A stretch of DNA of 64,000 bases from an uncultured Candidatus Saccharibacteria bacterium (GTDB lineage Bacteria > Patescibacteriota > Doudnabacteria > UBA920), in the NCBI GenBank assembly GCA_964532425.1, contig CAZHIA010000002.1, forward strand, positions 13,945 through 77,944. The letters run 5' to 3'. Positions 37,857 through 46,339 of the stretch are shown here, piece by piece; the first letter of the stretch is position 1, and each line of letters starts with the position of its first letter. The position numbers were made by a program, and so were the translations under genes. The notes below the pieces were generated by a model. It was not told where the DNA came from and ran no database searches. It saw only the letters and a list, made by a program, of their open reading frames with translations.

Positions 37857-37894
37857 TGTGGGGAAGCACTCACAATTGTGAGTGCTTCCCCACA
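37857..37894. repeat. 38-bp perfect palindrome TGTGGGGAAGCACTCACAA|TTGTGAGTGCTTCCCCACA
   Basis: preceded by T10 run, followed by AAAA; not a canonical terminator on either strand. Confidence 0.7.
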
Positions 37895-38025
37895 AAATTC
37901 AATCGCATATTATTTGTTATAAGATGCACTTATACAACCCCCTCTAAAAGCAAACTGAAATTGTATGCCCCATAATAAAAAGCCTACTAAAGCCAAAAAA
38001 GGCTCGTTCGGCGAAGATTGAGGTG

Positions 38026-38259
38026 CTACTGGCGGGTAAATACGGCCAGACCGAGCAAGGTGCAGCCAGCAAGTCTCGCGGAGAGATTGTAGGCGCCTGG
38101 CAGAAATAGACCTGTGCTCACACAGATTAAAGCAAGGCCTATATAACCCAGGGCAACATACATCCTATGCGGCTCATGCAGATGGTCGTACCACATCCAT
38201 ATCTTTTTCATATAGCCTCCTTCCAGAGACAGCATACCGACACCAAAAAAAGTCCGCAA
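38026..38259 (-). CDS. small membrane protein
   Basis: 77 aa, two TM helices. Confidence 0.35.
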   Translation of the reverse strand: MRTFFGVGMLSLEGGYMKKIWMWYDHLHEPHRMYVALGYIGLALICVSTGLFLPGAYNLSARLAGCTLLGLAVFTRQ

Positions 38260-38262
38260 GCC

Positions 38263-38291
38263 TAGACAACCTCTGAAAAATTTGCTATAAT
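38263..38291 (+). promoter_or_regulatory. promoter TAGACA-17-(TG)cTATAAT
   Basis: -35 38263-38268, extended -10 38284-38291. Confidence 0.4.
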
Positions 38292-38297
38292 ATATAT

Positions 38298-38525
38298 AGA
38301 AAAGTTCCTTTCACTCTGCTGCCAACTAGGTAACAGGGCGGAAACAAAAATCAAATAGCAAAATCCACCACTTATCCAATGTAGTCCCGACATTTTGTCG
38401 GGATGACCTTATTGCCCCACTGTACCGGGGCAAAGAGTTGACCAGTGTTTTTGGCTCAATTCACAGTTGTTCTTAGAACTTTTCTATAAAAACCCCCTCC
38501 GCACTTTCCGGGGGTTTTTAATTTT
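38298..38525 (+). ncRNA. candidate small non-coding RNA (promoter to intrinsic terminator, no ORF longer than 12 aa)
   Basis: hairpins gtcccgacattttgtcgggat and ttgccccactgtaccggggcaa, then terminator. Confidence 0.3.
38491..38525 (+). terminator. intrinsic terminator
   Basis: ccccc...ggggg stem + tttttaatttt. Confidence 0.55.
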
Positions 38526-38599
38526 GTTGATTTGGTATAAAATATAAAAGCTTAAAAATTAATATGCAAATCAACAGATTAGAACAAATTTACAAATAA

Positions 38600-38658
38600 C
38601 TACAGATCAAAATCCATCTGTAGATATCTGTATTTCTACATCCATCTGCATATCTGTT
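38600..38658. repeat. word-built palindrome (CTACAGAT/ATCTGTAG words)
   Basis: ctacagatcaaaatccatctgtagatatctgtatttctacatccatctgcatatctgtt. Confidence 0.5.
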
Positions 38659-38664
38659 AACCAT

Positions 38665-38943
38665 ATGGACCAAGAAGACATCAAAGACCTGTTTGAAGAG
38701 AAGTACGAAGATCGCATCGGAATGAACTACCAGGAATGGCTGGAACAGGGACCGCAAAATGAAGCCGAAGCCTACGCCCGCCTGCAGGAAATTGACGACG
38801 AGCTGACCAGCACCTATGAAGAATGGTATGAAGCTGTCGGCGAAAAGAAAGACGAGATGGAAGAACACCGGGACCGGTTAAAAGCCGAGTATGATCTAAT
38901 CGAAGAATCGTTCGGACTTGAGGCAGGGGATAAGGGATGGTAA
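38665..38943 (+). CDS. hypothetical acidic protein
   Basis: 92 aa, Glu/Asp-rich, helical-looking. Confidence 0.45.
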   Translation: MDQEDIKDLFEEKYEDRIGMNYQEWLEQGPQNEAEAYARLQEIDDELTSTYEEWYEAVGEKKDEMEEHRDRLKAEYDLIEESFGLEAGDKGW

Positions 38944-38947
38944 GTTA

Positions 38948-39050
38948 AATGACAAAAATTAAAAAAATGACATAATTGACAAAATGTAAACACCCGACTG
39001 CTATCTATTTTTTGTCAATTTTGTTCAATTATGTCATTTATGTCAATTAC
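38948..39050. repeat. TTGACAAAA-family ~100-bp inverted-repeat element, copy A
   Basis: aaatgacaaaaattaaaaaaatgacataattgacaaaatg ... ttttttgtcaattttgttcaattatgtcatttatgtcaatt. Confidence 0.65.
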
Positions 39051-39053
39051 CCT

Positions 39054-39719
39054 ATGCTCTACGTTTTAGCTACTCCAATTGGAAACTTAAAAGATATCAC
39101 CCTTCGCGCAATTGAAACCTTGAAAAGTTGTGATTTTGTGATTGCCGAAAATCCCAGCTATACCAAGCGCTTGCTGGACCACTTTGAGATCGGCCAAAAA
39201 AAGACCATGCAATTCGCCGAGCATAATGAGCAGAAAGTGCTGCCAGGACTTATTGGCTTGCTGGAAAAGCAGAACGGCTGCCTGCTGACTGATGCGGGTA
39301 CGCCGGGAATTTCCGATCCAGGCTTCCGGCTCGTGCGGGAATGCGTGCAGGAAAATATCCAAGTAGTTCCCATCCCCGGGGCTAGCGCAGCCATTACCGC
39401 GCTGTGTGCATCAGGCCTGCCGACCGACAAATTCCTGTTCTTCGGCTTTTTACCCAAAACCGAGATCAAAGTCATGAAAGCCATGGTCGAAGCCAAGACC
39501 ATCGAAGCCACGGCAGTGTTCTACGAATCCCCTGAACGTATTATAAAAACGATTAGTTTTGTAAAAAAAGCCTACCCCGGATGCAATGTCGTCATTGCGC
39601 GAGAGCTGACTAAAATGCATGAAGAGTTTATCCGCGGAACAGCCACAGAAGTCTTGGGAATTCTCCAGAAAAAAGGTAAAGTGAAGGGGGAGATTGTGGT
39701 GCTCGTTTCATTTAAATGA
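39054..39719 (+). CDS. rsmI: 16S rRNA (cytidine1402-2'-O)-methyltransferase
   Basis: LYVLATPIGNLKDITLRAIETLKSCDFVIAEN tetrapyrrole-methylase-family RsmI N-terminus; ORF-track start 38976 lies inside repeat. Confidence 0.8.
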   Translation: MLYVLATPIGNLKDITLRAIETLKSCDFVIAENPSYTKRLLDHFEIGQKKTMQFAEHNEQKVLPGLIGLLEKQNGCLLTDAGTPGISDPGFRLVRECVQENIQVVPIPGASAAITALCASGLPTDKFLFFGFLPKTEIKVMKAMVEAKTIEATAVFYESPERIIKTISFVKKAYPGCNVVIARELTKMHEEFIRGTATEVLGILQKKGKVKGEIVVLVSFK

Positions 39720-40158
39720 TTTAAATGATTGACACGATTTAAATGAATAGCACAAACAAATGGACCACAATGATTTAACGAAACGAACAAAAAATTTCGC
39801 TGTTAAGATCATCGAGCTGGCAAAATATCTAGAAGAGTATTGTGGCAACACTGGGAGAAAAATAGGAGATCAATTACTACGATCAGGTACGAGAGTTTAT
39901 GCCAACTATAGGGCCGCTTGCAGATGCAAGTCGGCAAAAGATTTTATCTCTAAAATAGGAACAGTGGTAGAAGAATCTGATGAATCACTAGGGTGGCTAG
40001 AGTTAATTGACGCAGCTAATTTAATTCCTCATTATATGCTTGAAGAACTGCTAAGAGAAACAAATGAGATCACTGCTATAATGAACGCCTCAAAAACAAC
40101 TGCGATCAGAAATGTAAAGCGTGACAGACCTTAATCATGTCAATCATTTAAATCATTT
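39714..40158. mobile_element. 445-bp cassette with perfect 21-bp terminal inverted repeats carrying a 4HB gene
   Basis: AAATGATTTAAATGATTGACA (39714-39734) and exact reverse complement TGTCAATCATTTAAATCATTT (40138-40158); left TIR overlaps rsmI stop codon. Confidence 0.45.
39760..40134 (+). CDS. four-helix-bundle protein (23S rRNA intervening-sequence protein family)
   Basis: FAVKIIELAKYL...GDQLLRSGTRVYANYRAA...AKDFISKIGTVVEESDESLGWLELI matches family pattern. Confidence 0.7.
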   Translation: MDHNDLTKRTKNFAVKIIELAKYLEEYCGNTGRKIGDQLLRSGTRVYANYRAACRCKSAKDFISKIGTVVEESDESLGWLELIDAANLIPHYMLEELLRETNEITAIMNASKTTAIRNVKRDRP

Positions 40159-40176
40159 AATTCTTGTCAATCTTTT

Positions 40177-40887
40177 ATGTCCGGACATTCCAAATGGGCC
40201 CAAATCAAACGAACAAAAGGCGTACTCGACCAGAAGCGCGGGCTTTTGTTTTCCAAACTTTCGAAAAAGATCAGTATTGCGGTCAAGGAAGGCGGCAGCC
40301 CGGACCCGGGTGTTAATTACAAACTGAAAAGTGCTATTGAATACGCCAAAGGCCAGGGGATGCCGAACGATAATATTGAACGGGCGATCAAGAACACAGC
40401 CAATGCCGGCGAGATCAAAGAAGTGGCCTACGAAGGTTACGGCCCGTACGGTACCGCTTTTTTGGTGGAAGCAGCCACTGACAACCCGAATCGCACCACA
40501 AATAACGTCAAGCATATTTTTTCCAAACATGGAGGTAATATGGGCGCCCAAGGCTCTGTAGCCTGGCAGTTCACCACCAAAGGACAAATTCTTGTTGAAC
40601 GTGACGAAAAGATTTCTGATATCGAAATGGCAGCCATCGACGCCGGAGCTGACGATGTACGCGAATCGGCGGAAGGTCTGGAAGTGTATACTGCACCGAA
40701 CGACCTGATCAAGGTTAAAGAAGCGCTCATTGCAGCCGGGGCTAAAGTAGCCCAGGCCGATATTATCAAAGAATCCAGCCAGGGTACTGACCTCACCGAA
40801 GACCAAAAACCGAAGGTTGACGCTCTGTTTGCCGAGCTCGAGAATGATGAGGATGTGATCGCCGTCCATACGAGCGCTAACCTTTAA
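40177..40887 (+). CDS. yebC: YebC/PmpR-family DNA-binding transcriptional regulator
   Basis: MSGHSKWAQIKRTKG N-terminus and full-length family similarity. Confidence 0.85.
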   Translation: MSGHSKWAQIKRTKGVLDQKRGLLFSKLSKKISIAVKEGGSPDPGVNYKLKSAIEYAKGQGMPNDNIERAIKNTANAGEIKEVAYEGYGPYGTAFLVEAATDNPNRTTNNVKHIFSKHGGNMGAQGSVAWQFTTKGQILVERDEKISDIEMAAIDAGADDVRESAEGLEVYTAPNDLIKVKEALIAAGAKVAQADIIKESSQGTDLTEDQKPKVDALFAELENDEDVIAVHTSANL

Positions 40888-40895
40888 TCAGGTAG

Positions 40896-40975
40896 TACAT
40901 TTGACCATTAACCATTAACAATTAAACAGGCCATTGCCATCCGGTCAAAAGTCAATGGTTAATTGTTAAATGTTT
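40896..40975. repeat. word-built AT-rich spacer (TTGACC/TTAACA words)
   Basis: catttgaccattaaccattaacaattaaac ... ggtcaaaagtcaatggttaattgttaaatg. Confidence 0.45.
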
Positions 40976-40977
40976 AT

Positions 40978-41493
40978 ATGAACATTCTTGGCATCGACCC
41001 AGGGACCGCAACAACCGGATATGGCGTGATTACCCCCACCAAGCGGATGGGGGAGTTTGGGTTAGTTGATTTCGGAGTCGTGGAAACCGATAAGCACCTG
41101 ACCGATGCCGAGCGGCTCGCCATGCTGGCTGAAGATTTGGAAATTTTGATCAAAAAATACAAACCTGCCTGCGTAGGCGTGGAAAAATTATACTTTGAGA
41201 CCAACCAGAAAACAGCCATGACCGTGTCCCAAGCCAGGGGAGTTGTACTGCTCACCGCGCAGCGCGCTATGATTCCTATTTTAGAATTCACACCGCTTCA
41301 AGTAAAAAATTTCATTTGCGGGTACGGCAAGGCGGAAAAGAAACAGGTGCAATTTATCATACAAAGAACTTTTAAACTGAAAATAGCTCCCAAGCCGGAT
41401 GACGCCGCGGATGCGCTGGCGATTGCGCTCTATGCGGGACACATGTTTGCAAAAAAAGAACTGTTTGACCCCATACAGAAGAAGCGTGTATAA
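40978..41493 (+). CDS. ruvC: crossover junction endodeoxyribonuclease RuvC
   Basis: ILGIDPGTATTGYGV..., catalytic D/E residues, DAADALAIA C-terminal motif. Confidence 0.85.
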   Translation: MNILGIDPGTATTGYGVITPTKRMGEFGLVDFGVVETDKHLTDAERLAMLAEDLEILIKKYKPACVGVEKLYFETNQKTAMTVSQARGVVLLTAQRAMIPILEFTPLQVKNFICGYGKAEKKQVQFIIQRTFKLKIAPKPDDAADALAIALYAGHMFAKKELFDPIQKKRV

Positions 41494-41732
41494 ATTCTTT
41501 TGAAAGAATTTCCACAACTTTGACTAGACACAAAAAATCCTCATTGTTATAATGCGCTTACAGCTGCCTTTCGGGCAGCTTCACCCAAGCACCAATGTTT
41601 TTGAATACTTGATGAGTTTCATTGGCGGATAGCCAGTCATCCCTCATCACTCCATTTAAAAATTTTGGTACCCGGGTAAAAAACTAAAATTCAACCCTCA
41701 ATCTGAAAGATCGAGGCAAGGAGAATATACCC

Positions 41733-41864
41733 ATGTTCATGGATGATGAAGATACCAATACTGGTGTCGACGGCGGCATGCCTGCTGATGATACTACTCC
41801 CGAAGAAACCGCTCCTGAAGCCGGCGCAGAAGAAGCTCCTCACGAGCCCGAGCCGGGAATGTAA
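41733..41864 (+). CDS. small acidic peptide (43 aa)
   Basis: AAGGAGA SD 8 nt upstream; MFMDDEDTNTGVDGGMPADDTTPEE...; terminator immediately after. Confidence 0.3.
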   Translation: MFMDDEDTNTGVDGGMPADDTTPEETAPEAGAEEAPHEPEPGM

Positions 41865-41880
41865 TCTCGTTGCAATAGAA

Positions 41881-41915
41881 AACCCCCTCTTACGAGGGGG
41901 TTTTGTTTATTTTTG
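41881..41915. terminator. bidirectional intrinsic terminator
   Basis: ccccctc ttac gaggggg + ttttgtttatttttg; tyrS converges from opposite strand. Confidence 0.7.
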
Positions 41916-41978
41916 CGGGCAGCCAATGGCTGCCCCTACACAATTCACCGAATACAGGATTTATTTTTTCACTTCATA

Positions 41979-43160
41979 TTATTTGATCCGTACGAATCGG
42001 CGCTTGCCGACTTGGATCAGATATTCCATCTTGCCATCAAGCTCGATCGTATGATCCTGAGCAGTCCGCTCGTTAACCTTTACACCATTCTGCTGCAAGA
42101 GCCTCCGACTTTCCGATTTACTGGCAGCGAGGCTGACAACCACTAATAGCTCTGAAAGTTGGTAACTGCCGGATTTCATTTTCTTGAGCGGAATATCCTG
42201 CGGCAACTCGCCTTTGCTGAATTGGGAAACAAAAGCGTCGCGCGCCGCGGCTGCCGCTTTCTCGCCGTGATACAGTTTGGCAATCTCAAGGGCCAGTTCC
42301 AATTTTTGATCGCGCGGATTGGCATGACTCGCAATCACCTCGTCGATGCGCGACAATGGCACGCGGGTAGCAAGCAGAAAATACTTCTTGATCAGATTAT
42401 CCGGAATACTCATGGCCTTGCCGAACATATCAGTGGGGGAGTCGGTCAGATTAATGACATTACCCCAGGAAGATGACATCTTGCGGCCGTCAGTACCTTC
42501 AAGCAAGGTCATGGTCAACACGTCCTGCTGTTCCATTTTATAGGCCTTCTGAATAGACCGGCCTGCCAGTAGGTTAAAGCGCTGGTCAGTGCCGCCCAGC
42601 TCCACATCCGCTTTAATAGCTACGGAATCATACCCTTGCATTAAAGGATATAACAGTTCGCGCAACGAAACCCTCTTTCCTTCCTTCATGCGCTTACTGA
42701 TATTCTCGCGTGCTTCGAATTCGTGCAAGCCAAACAAATCAGCCAATCTGCCAATTTCCGCAAAGCCGAGCTTCTTAAGCCATTTGGAATTATAATGGGT
42801 TTCTGTTTTGGTCTTATCCAAAATCTTGAACGCCTGAGCGAAGTAGCTCTTCAGGTTTTTCTTGATCGTCGCCTCGTCAAGCATTGGACGTTCCGAATCC
42901 TTGTCCGAGGTATCGCCAATTTGTCCGGTAAAATCACCTACAATAAACACCACCTTGTGCCCAAGTTCCTGGAACGTACGGAGTTTCCAAAGGACAACAG
43001 CCCGCCCGATATGAATATTCGGACTGGTTGGGTCTATCCCCAGCTTGACCCGCAGCTTCTTTTTAGAACGCAGGGCGGCAGCCAGGTGATCACGGTCAAT
43101 AACCTCCTCGACCCCGCGGGTAAGTAATTCTTCAATTTGCTGGTCACTTATTTTAATCAT
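41979..43160 (-). CDS. tyrS: tyrosine--tRNA ligase
   Basis: HIGH-type motif (PNIHIGRAV), KMSSS motif, C-terminal S4 domain. Confidence 0.85.
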   Translation of the reverse strand: MIKISDQQIEELLTRGVEEVIDRDHLAAALRSKKKLRVKLGIDPTSPNIHIGRAVVLWKLRTFQELGHKVVFIVGDFTGQIGDTSDKDSERPMLDEATIKKNLKSYFAQAFKILDKTKTETHYNSKWLKKLGFAEIGRLADLFGLHEFEARENISKRMKEGKRVSLRELLYPLMQGYDSVAIKADVELGGTDQRFNLLAGRSIQKAYKMEQQDVLTMTLLEGTDGRKMSSSWGNVINLTDSPTDMFGKAMSIPDNLIKKYFLLATRVPLSRIDEVIASHANPRDQKLELALEIAKLYHGEKAAAAARDAFVSQFSKGELPQDIPLKKMKSGSYQLSELLVVVSLAASKSESRRLLQQNGVKVNERTAQDHTIELDGKMEYLIQVGKRRFVRIK

Positions 43161-43374
43161 ATTCGTATTATATCAGGATTTGACGTATGGGTAATCTTAA
43201 ATACATTGTATTAGATATAATCCGAATCTACAAATGATATCCCTGCCTACCGGCAGGCAGGCATATACCCCGAATCGAATGCGGGGGCATTCGGGGCATA
43301 TGGATTGTTTATATTCGGGTCATTAGGATTATTTTATACTAGTCTTTCCGCCATAAAAAAGGTATAATGTCAAT

Positions 43375-46230
43375 ATGAAAATCTACAATTACGAAACTCG
43401 GCCTGCCGTAAAATCACGGGCCAAAAGGCATTTTTTTCACTTTCCAAAATTCCTGCCGAATAATTTTCGAGGGTGGATGACACTCATTGTTCGCATCGCT
43501 GCTGTTGGAATTGTGGTCGCCGCGGCATTATTCCTGTATTACAGCCGAGGATTACCCGATCCAAACAAGCTTCTTGAGCGGAATGTTCCGGAATCTACCA
43601 AAATCCTCGCCCGCGACGGCAGTCTGTTGTATGAGATCCATGGCGAAATTAAACGCACCCAGGTAACACTGGACCAGATCTCTCCGTTCCTGCCCCAAGC
43701 CACCATAGCCATTGAAGACAAGGATTTCTACCGCCACAAGGGTATTTCAGTAACCGGTATAGCCCGCTCTGCCTTGATAGACTTGATCACGCTGCATAAA
43801 TCCCAAGGTGCCAGTACCATTACCCAACAACTGGTCAAGAACGCGATTCTCACCAAAGACAAGTCTTGGGACCGCAAGATCCGCGAAGCCATCCTCGCTG
43901 TTGCACTTGATGCCCGCTACTCGAAAAATGAGATTCTCCAGATGTACCTGAATGAGATTCCCTACGGCCGAAATGCCTATGGAGTGGAGGCCGCCGCGCA
44001 ATCCTATTTCGGCAAGCCGGCCAAGGACCTGGATTTGGCGGAAAGCGCTTACCTAGCTTCCCTCCCGCAAGCGACAACCTACTACAACCCGTACGGATCC
44101 CACCGTGACGCCCTTGATGCGCGCAAGAACACCGTGCTGACCAAAATGCGTGAACAAGGATACATTACCGCGGACCAGGAACAAAAAGCCAAGGCTGAGA
44201 AAGTCGACTTCAAACAGACAACGACCGGCATTATTGCTCCACACTTTGTCATGTACGTCCAGGATTATCTTGCCGAACGTTATGGTGAAAAAACCCTCGA
44301 GGAGGGTGGTTTGAAAGTAACCACCACACTGGATCCCAAATTGCAGCAAATTGCCGAACAGGCGGTAAAAGACAATATGGACAAGGATGCCACCAAGTAT
44401 AACGCGCACAATGCAGCACTGGTAGCGATAGACCCCAAAACCGGGCAAATTTTGGCTATGGTGGGAAGCAAGGACTACTTCGGCGATCCAGAGCCGGCCG
44501 GTTGCACCCCGGGGAAAAATTGCTTATTCGAACCAAACTTTAATGTCGCTGATTCCGAACGCCAACCCGGTTCTAGTTTTAAACCTTATGTCTATGTAAC
44601 TGCCTTCAAAAAAGATTTCAAATATTCCCCCGCATCCCTGCTCATGGATGTCACGACTGACTTTGGTACCTATGGCGGCAAAGATTACACCCCGCACAAC
44701 TATAACGGACAAAGCTACGGGCCGGTATCCATGCGTAAAGCCCTGGCCGGCAGCTTGAACGTTCCGGCTGTCAAAACTTTGGCGTTGGTCGGCGTCGACA
44801 ACGCCACACAAACCGCACACGACCTTGGTATCACCTCGCCGCTACAGGATTGCGGATTATCCCTCGTGCTGGGTGGATGCGAGGTCAAATTAGTTGACCA
44901 TGTCAGCGCTTTTTCTGCCATTGCCAACGAGGGTTTGCGCAACGATAAAACCGCTATTTTAAAAGTGGAGGATCGCAACGGAAAAGCTTTGGAAGAATAC
45001 CAGGACAACCCACACCAAGTACTCGATCCACAGGCGGCATATGAGCTAATCAGCATCATGACCGATAACAATGCTCGCAGTTATATCTTCGGCTCCAATT
45101 CGCCGCTTATTCTGCCTGATCGCGTCGTAGCTGCTAAGACCGGTACTACCCAGAACTGGCACGATGGCTGGACTGTGGGCTTCACCCCGTCTTTAGCTGC
45201 AGGCGTCTGGGCGGGCAACAACGACGGCACCCTGCTCAAAAAGGGAGCGGATGGTGTGTTTGTGGCTGCTCCGATCTGGAATGAATTCATGAAGAATGCC
45301 CTCAAAGGAACCCCAGCCGAAGAATTCAAAGTGCCTGATGGGATCCAAAAAGTCACGGTAGATGAAGTCTCAGGAAAACTGCCTACTCAGTTCACTCCAT
45401 CAACCAAAGTTGAAACATTCGCCAGTTATTCGGTACCGACCGATTACGACCCGGTACACATTACGGTCGCCATGGATTCCCAAACCAACCTGCCGGCTGA
45501 TTCTTCTACGCCGCCGGACCGCATCGTAAACAAAATTTATACGGTCTTCCATAGCGAGCGGCCGAATAGCCCGAATTGGGAAGATCCAGTCGTCGCCTGG
45601 GCCCAGGCTAATGGCTATGAGTATCCCACCGGGACCATCACCGTGCCCCCGCCACAACCGAGCAATGGCGGGGATAGTGGTGTAACAACGGACATTGTTT
45701 CCCCGAACGACGGATCATTCATTTCTGTGTTCCCATTCCAATTGGTTGCAGTTGCTGATTCTCCCAACACCATAGCCCGACTCGATCTGTCCATTGATGG
45801 GCAATTTTACAAGACTGTTACCGGGCAGCCTTACACCTTTACTATTGATAAGCAGTTGCCAGACGGCCCGCACACCCTGGCTATCCGGGCCACGGACAAA
45901 TCCGGCTATACGAACGACACCAGCATTACCATCACGGTCACCACTACCAAACCCGCTTTGAACCTTACCGAGCCATCAGGAACCATTACCGGTTTTCCCA
46001 CTACACTGACCGCAGAGAGCAACAATTTGTATAGCCAGGTTATGTTCTACTACCAGCCGGATAAAGGCCAGCCAAAACTGCTCGGGCAAGCCTCCAATGT
46101 CAGCCACTTCGGCGACACCTATCAATACCAACTGCTTTGGTCCGAACGCCCGGCACCGGGTAACTACCGAGTGTATGCGCAGACTGACCAAGGAGTGACA
46201 TCGTCGAAAGTAAAAGTGACAGTTCCGTAA
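43375..46230 (+). CDS. class A penicillin-binding protein (transglycosylase + transpeptidase) with C-terminal Ig-like domains
   Basis: GT51 motifs (EDKDFYRHKG, QGASTITQQL), transpeptidase SSFKP, KTGTT; N-terminal TM anchor. Confidence 0.9.
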   Translation: MKIYNYETRPAVKSRAKRHFFHFPKFLPNNFRGWMTLIVRIAAVGIVVAAALFLYYSRGLPDPNKLLERNVPESTKILARDGSLLYEIHGEIKRTQVTLDQISPFLPQATIAIEDKDFYRHKGISVTGIARSALIDLITLHKSQGASTITQQLVKNAILTKDKSWDRKIREAILAVALDARYSKNEILQMYLNEIPYGRNAYGVEAAAQSYFGKPAKDLDLAESAYLASLPQATTYYNPYGSHRDALDARKNTVLTKMREQGYITADQEQKAKAEKVDFKQTTTGIIAPHFVMYVQDYLAERYGEKTLEEGGLKVTTTLDPKLQQIAEQAVKDNMDKDATKYNAHNAALVAIDPKTGQILAMVGSKDYFGDPEPAGCTPGKNCLFEPNFNVADSERQPGSSFKPYVYVTAFKKDFKYSPASLLMDVTTDFGTYGGKDYTPHNYNGQSYGPVSMRKALAGSLNVPAVKTLALVGVDNATQTAHDLGITSPLQDCGLSLVLGGCEVKLVDHVSAFSAIANEGLRNDKTAILKVEDRNGKALEEYQDNPHQVLDPQAAYELISIMTDNNARSYIFGSNSPLILPDRVVAAKTGTTQNWHDGWTVGFTPSLAAGVWAGNNDGTLLKKGADGVFVAAPIWNEFMKNALKGTPAEEFKVPDGIQKVTVDEVSGKLPTQFTPSTKVETFASYSVPTDYDPVHITVAMDSQTNLPADSSTPPDRIVNKIYTVFHSERPNSPNWEDPVVAWAQANGYEYPTGTITVPPPQPSNGGDSGVTTDIVSPNDGSFISVFPFQLVAVADSPNTIARLDLSIDGQFYKTVTGQPYTFTIDKQLPDGPHTLAIRATDKSGYTNDTSITITVTTTKPALNLTEPSGTITGFPTTLTAESNNLYSQVMFYYQPDKGQPKLLGQASNVSHFGDTYQYQLLWSERPAPGNYRVYAQTDQGVTSSKVKVTVP

Positions 46231-46335
46231 TTAATTGACAAAAATGACAAAATTGATCAAAATTGACAAAATTATACTGCAATCCTGTTCTCCATTTTTG
46301 TCAATTTTGTCAATTTTTTAAATTTTGTTCAATTC
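46231..46335. repeat. TTGACAAAA-family inverted-repeat element, copy B
   Basis: aattgacaaaaatgacaaaattgatcaaaattgacaaaatt ... atttttgtcaattttgtcaattttttaaattttgttcaatt. Confidence 0.7.
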
Positions 46336-46339
46336 TACT

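Noticed and set aside
37857-37894. Calling the 38-bp perfect palindrome an intrinsic terminator
   Set aside because: The T-run is 5' of the hairpin on the plus strand and the A-run 3'; on the minus strand the arrangement is equally wrong.
38976-39053. ORF-track N-terminal extension of rsmI (start 38976), and similar TTG/extended starts for FMN reductase (1260), O-antigen ligase (46325), Lnb-like (47580), gene 48617 and HAD (32053)
   Set aside because: Extensions run through intergenic palindromes or terminators; family-consistent ATG starts exist downstream.
41743-42054. 103-aa ORF in the ruvC-tyrS spacer
   Set aside because: Reads straight through the bidirectional terminator at 41881-41915 and overlaps a better small ORF with an SD in another frame.
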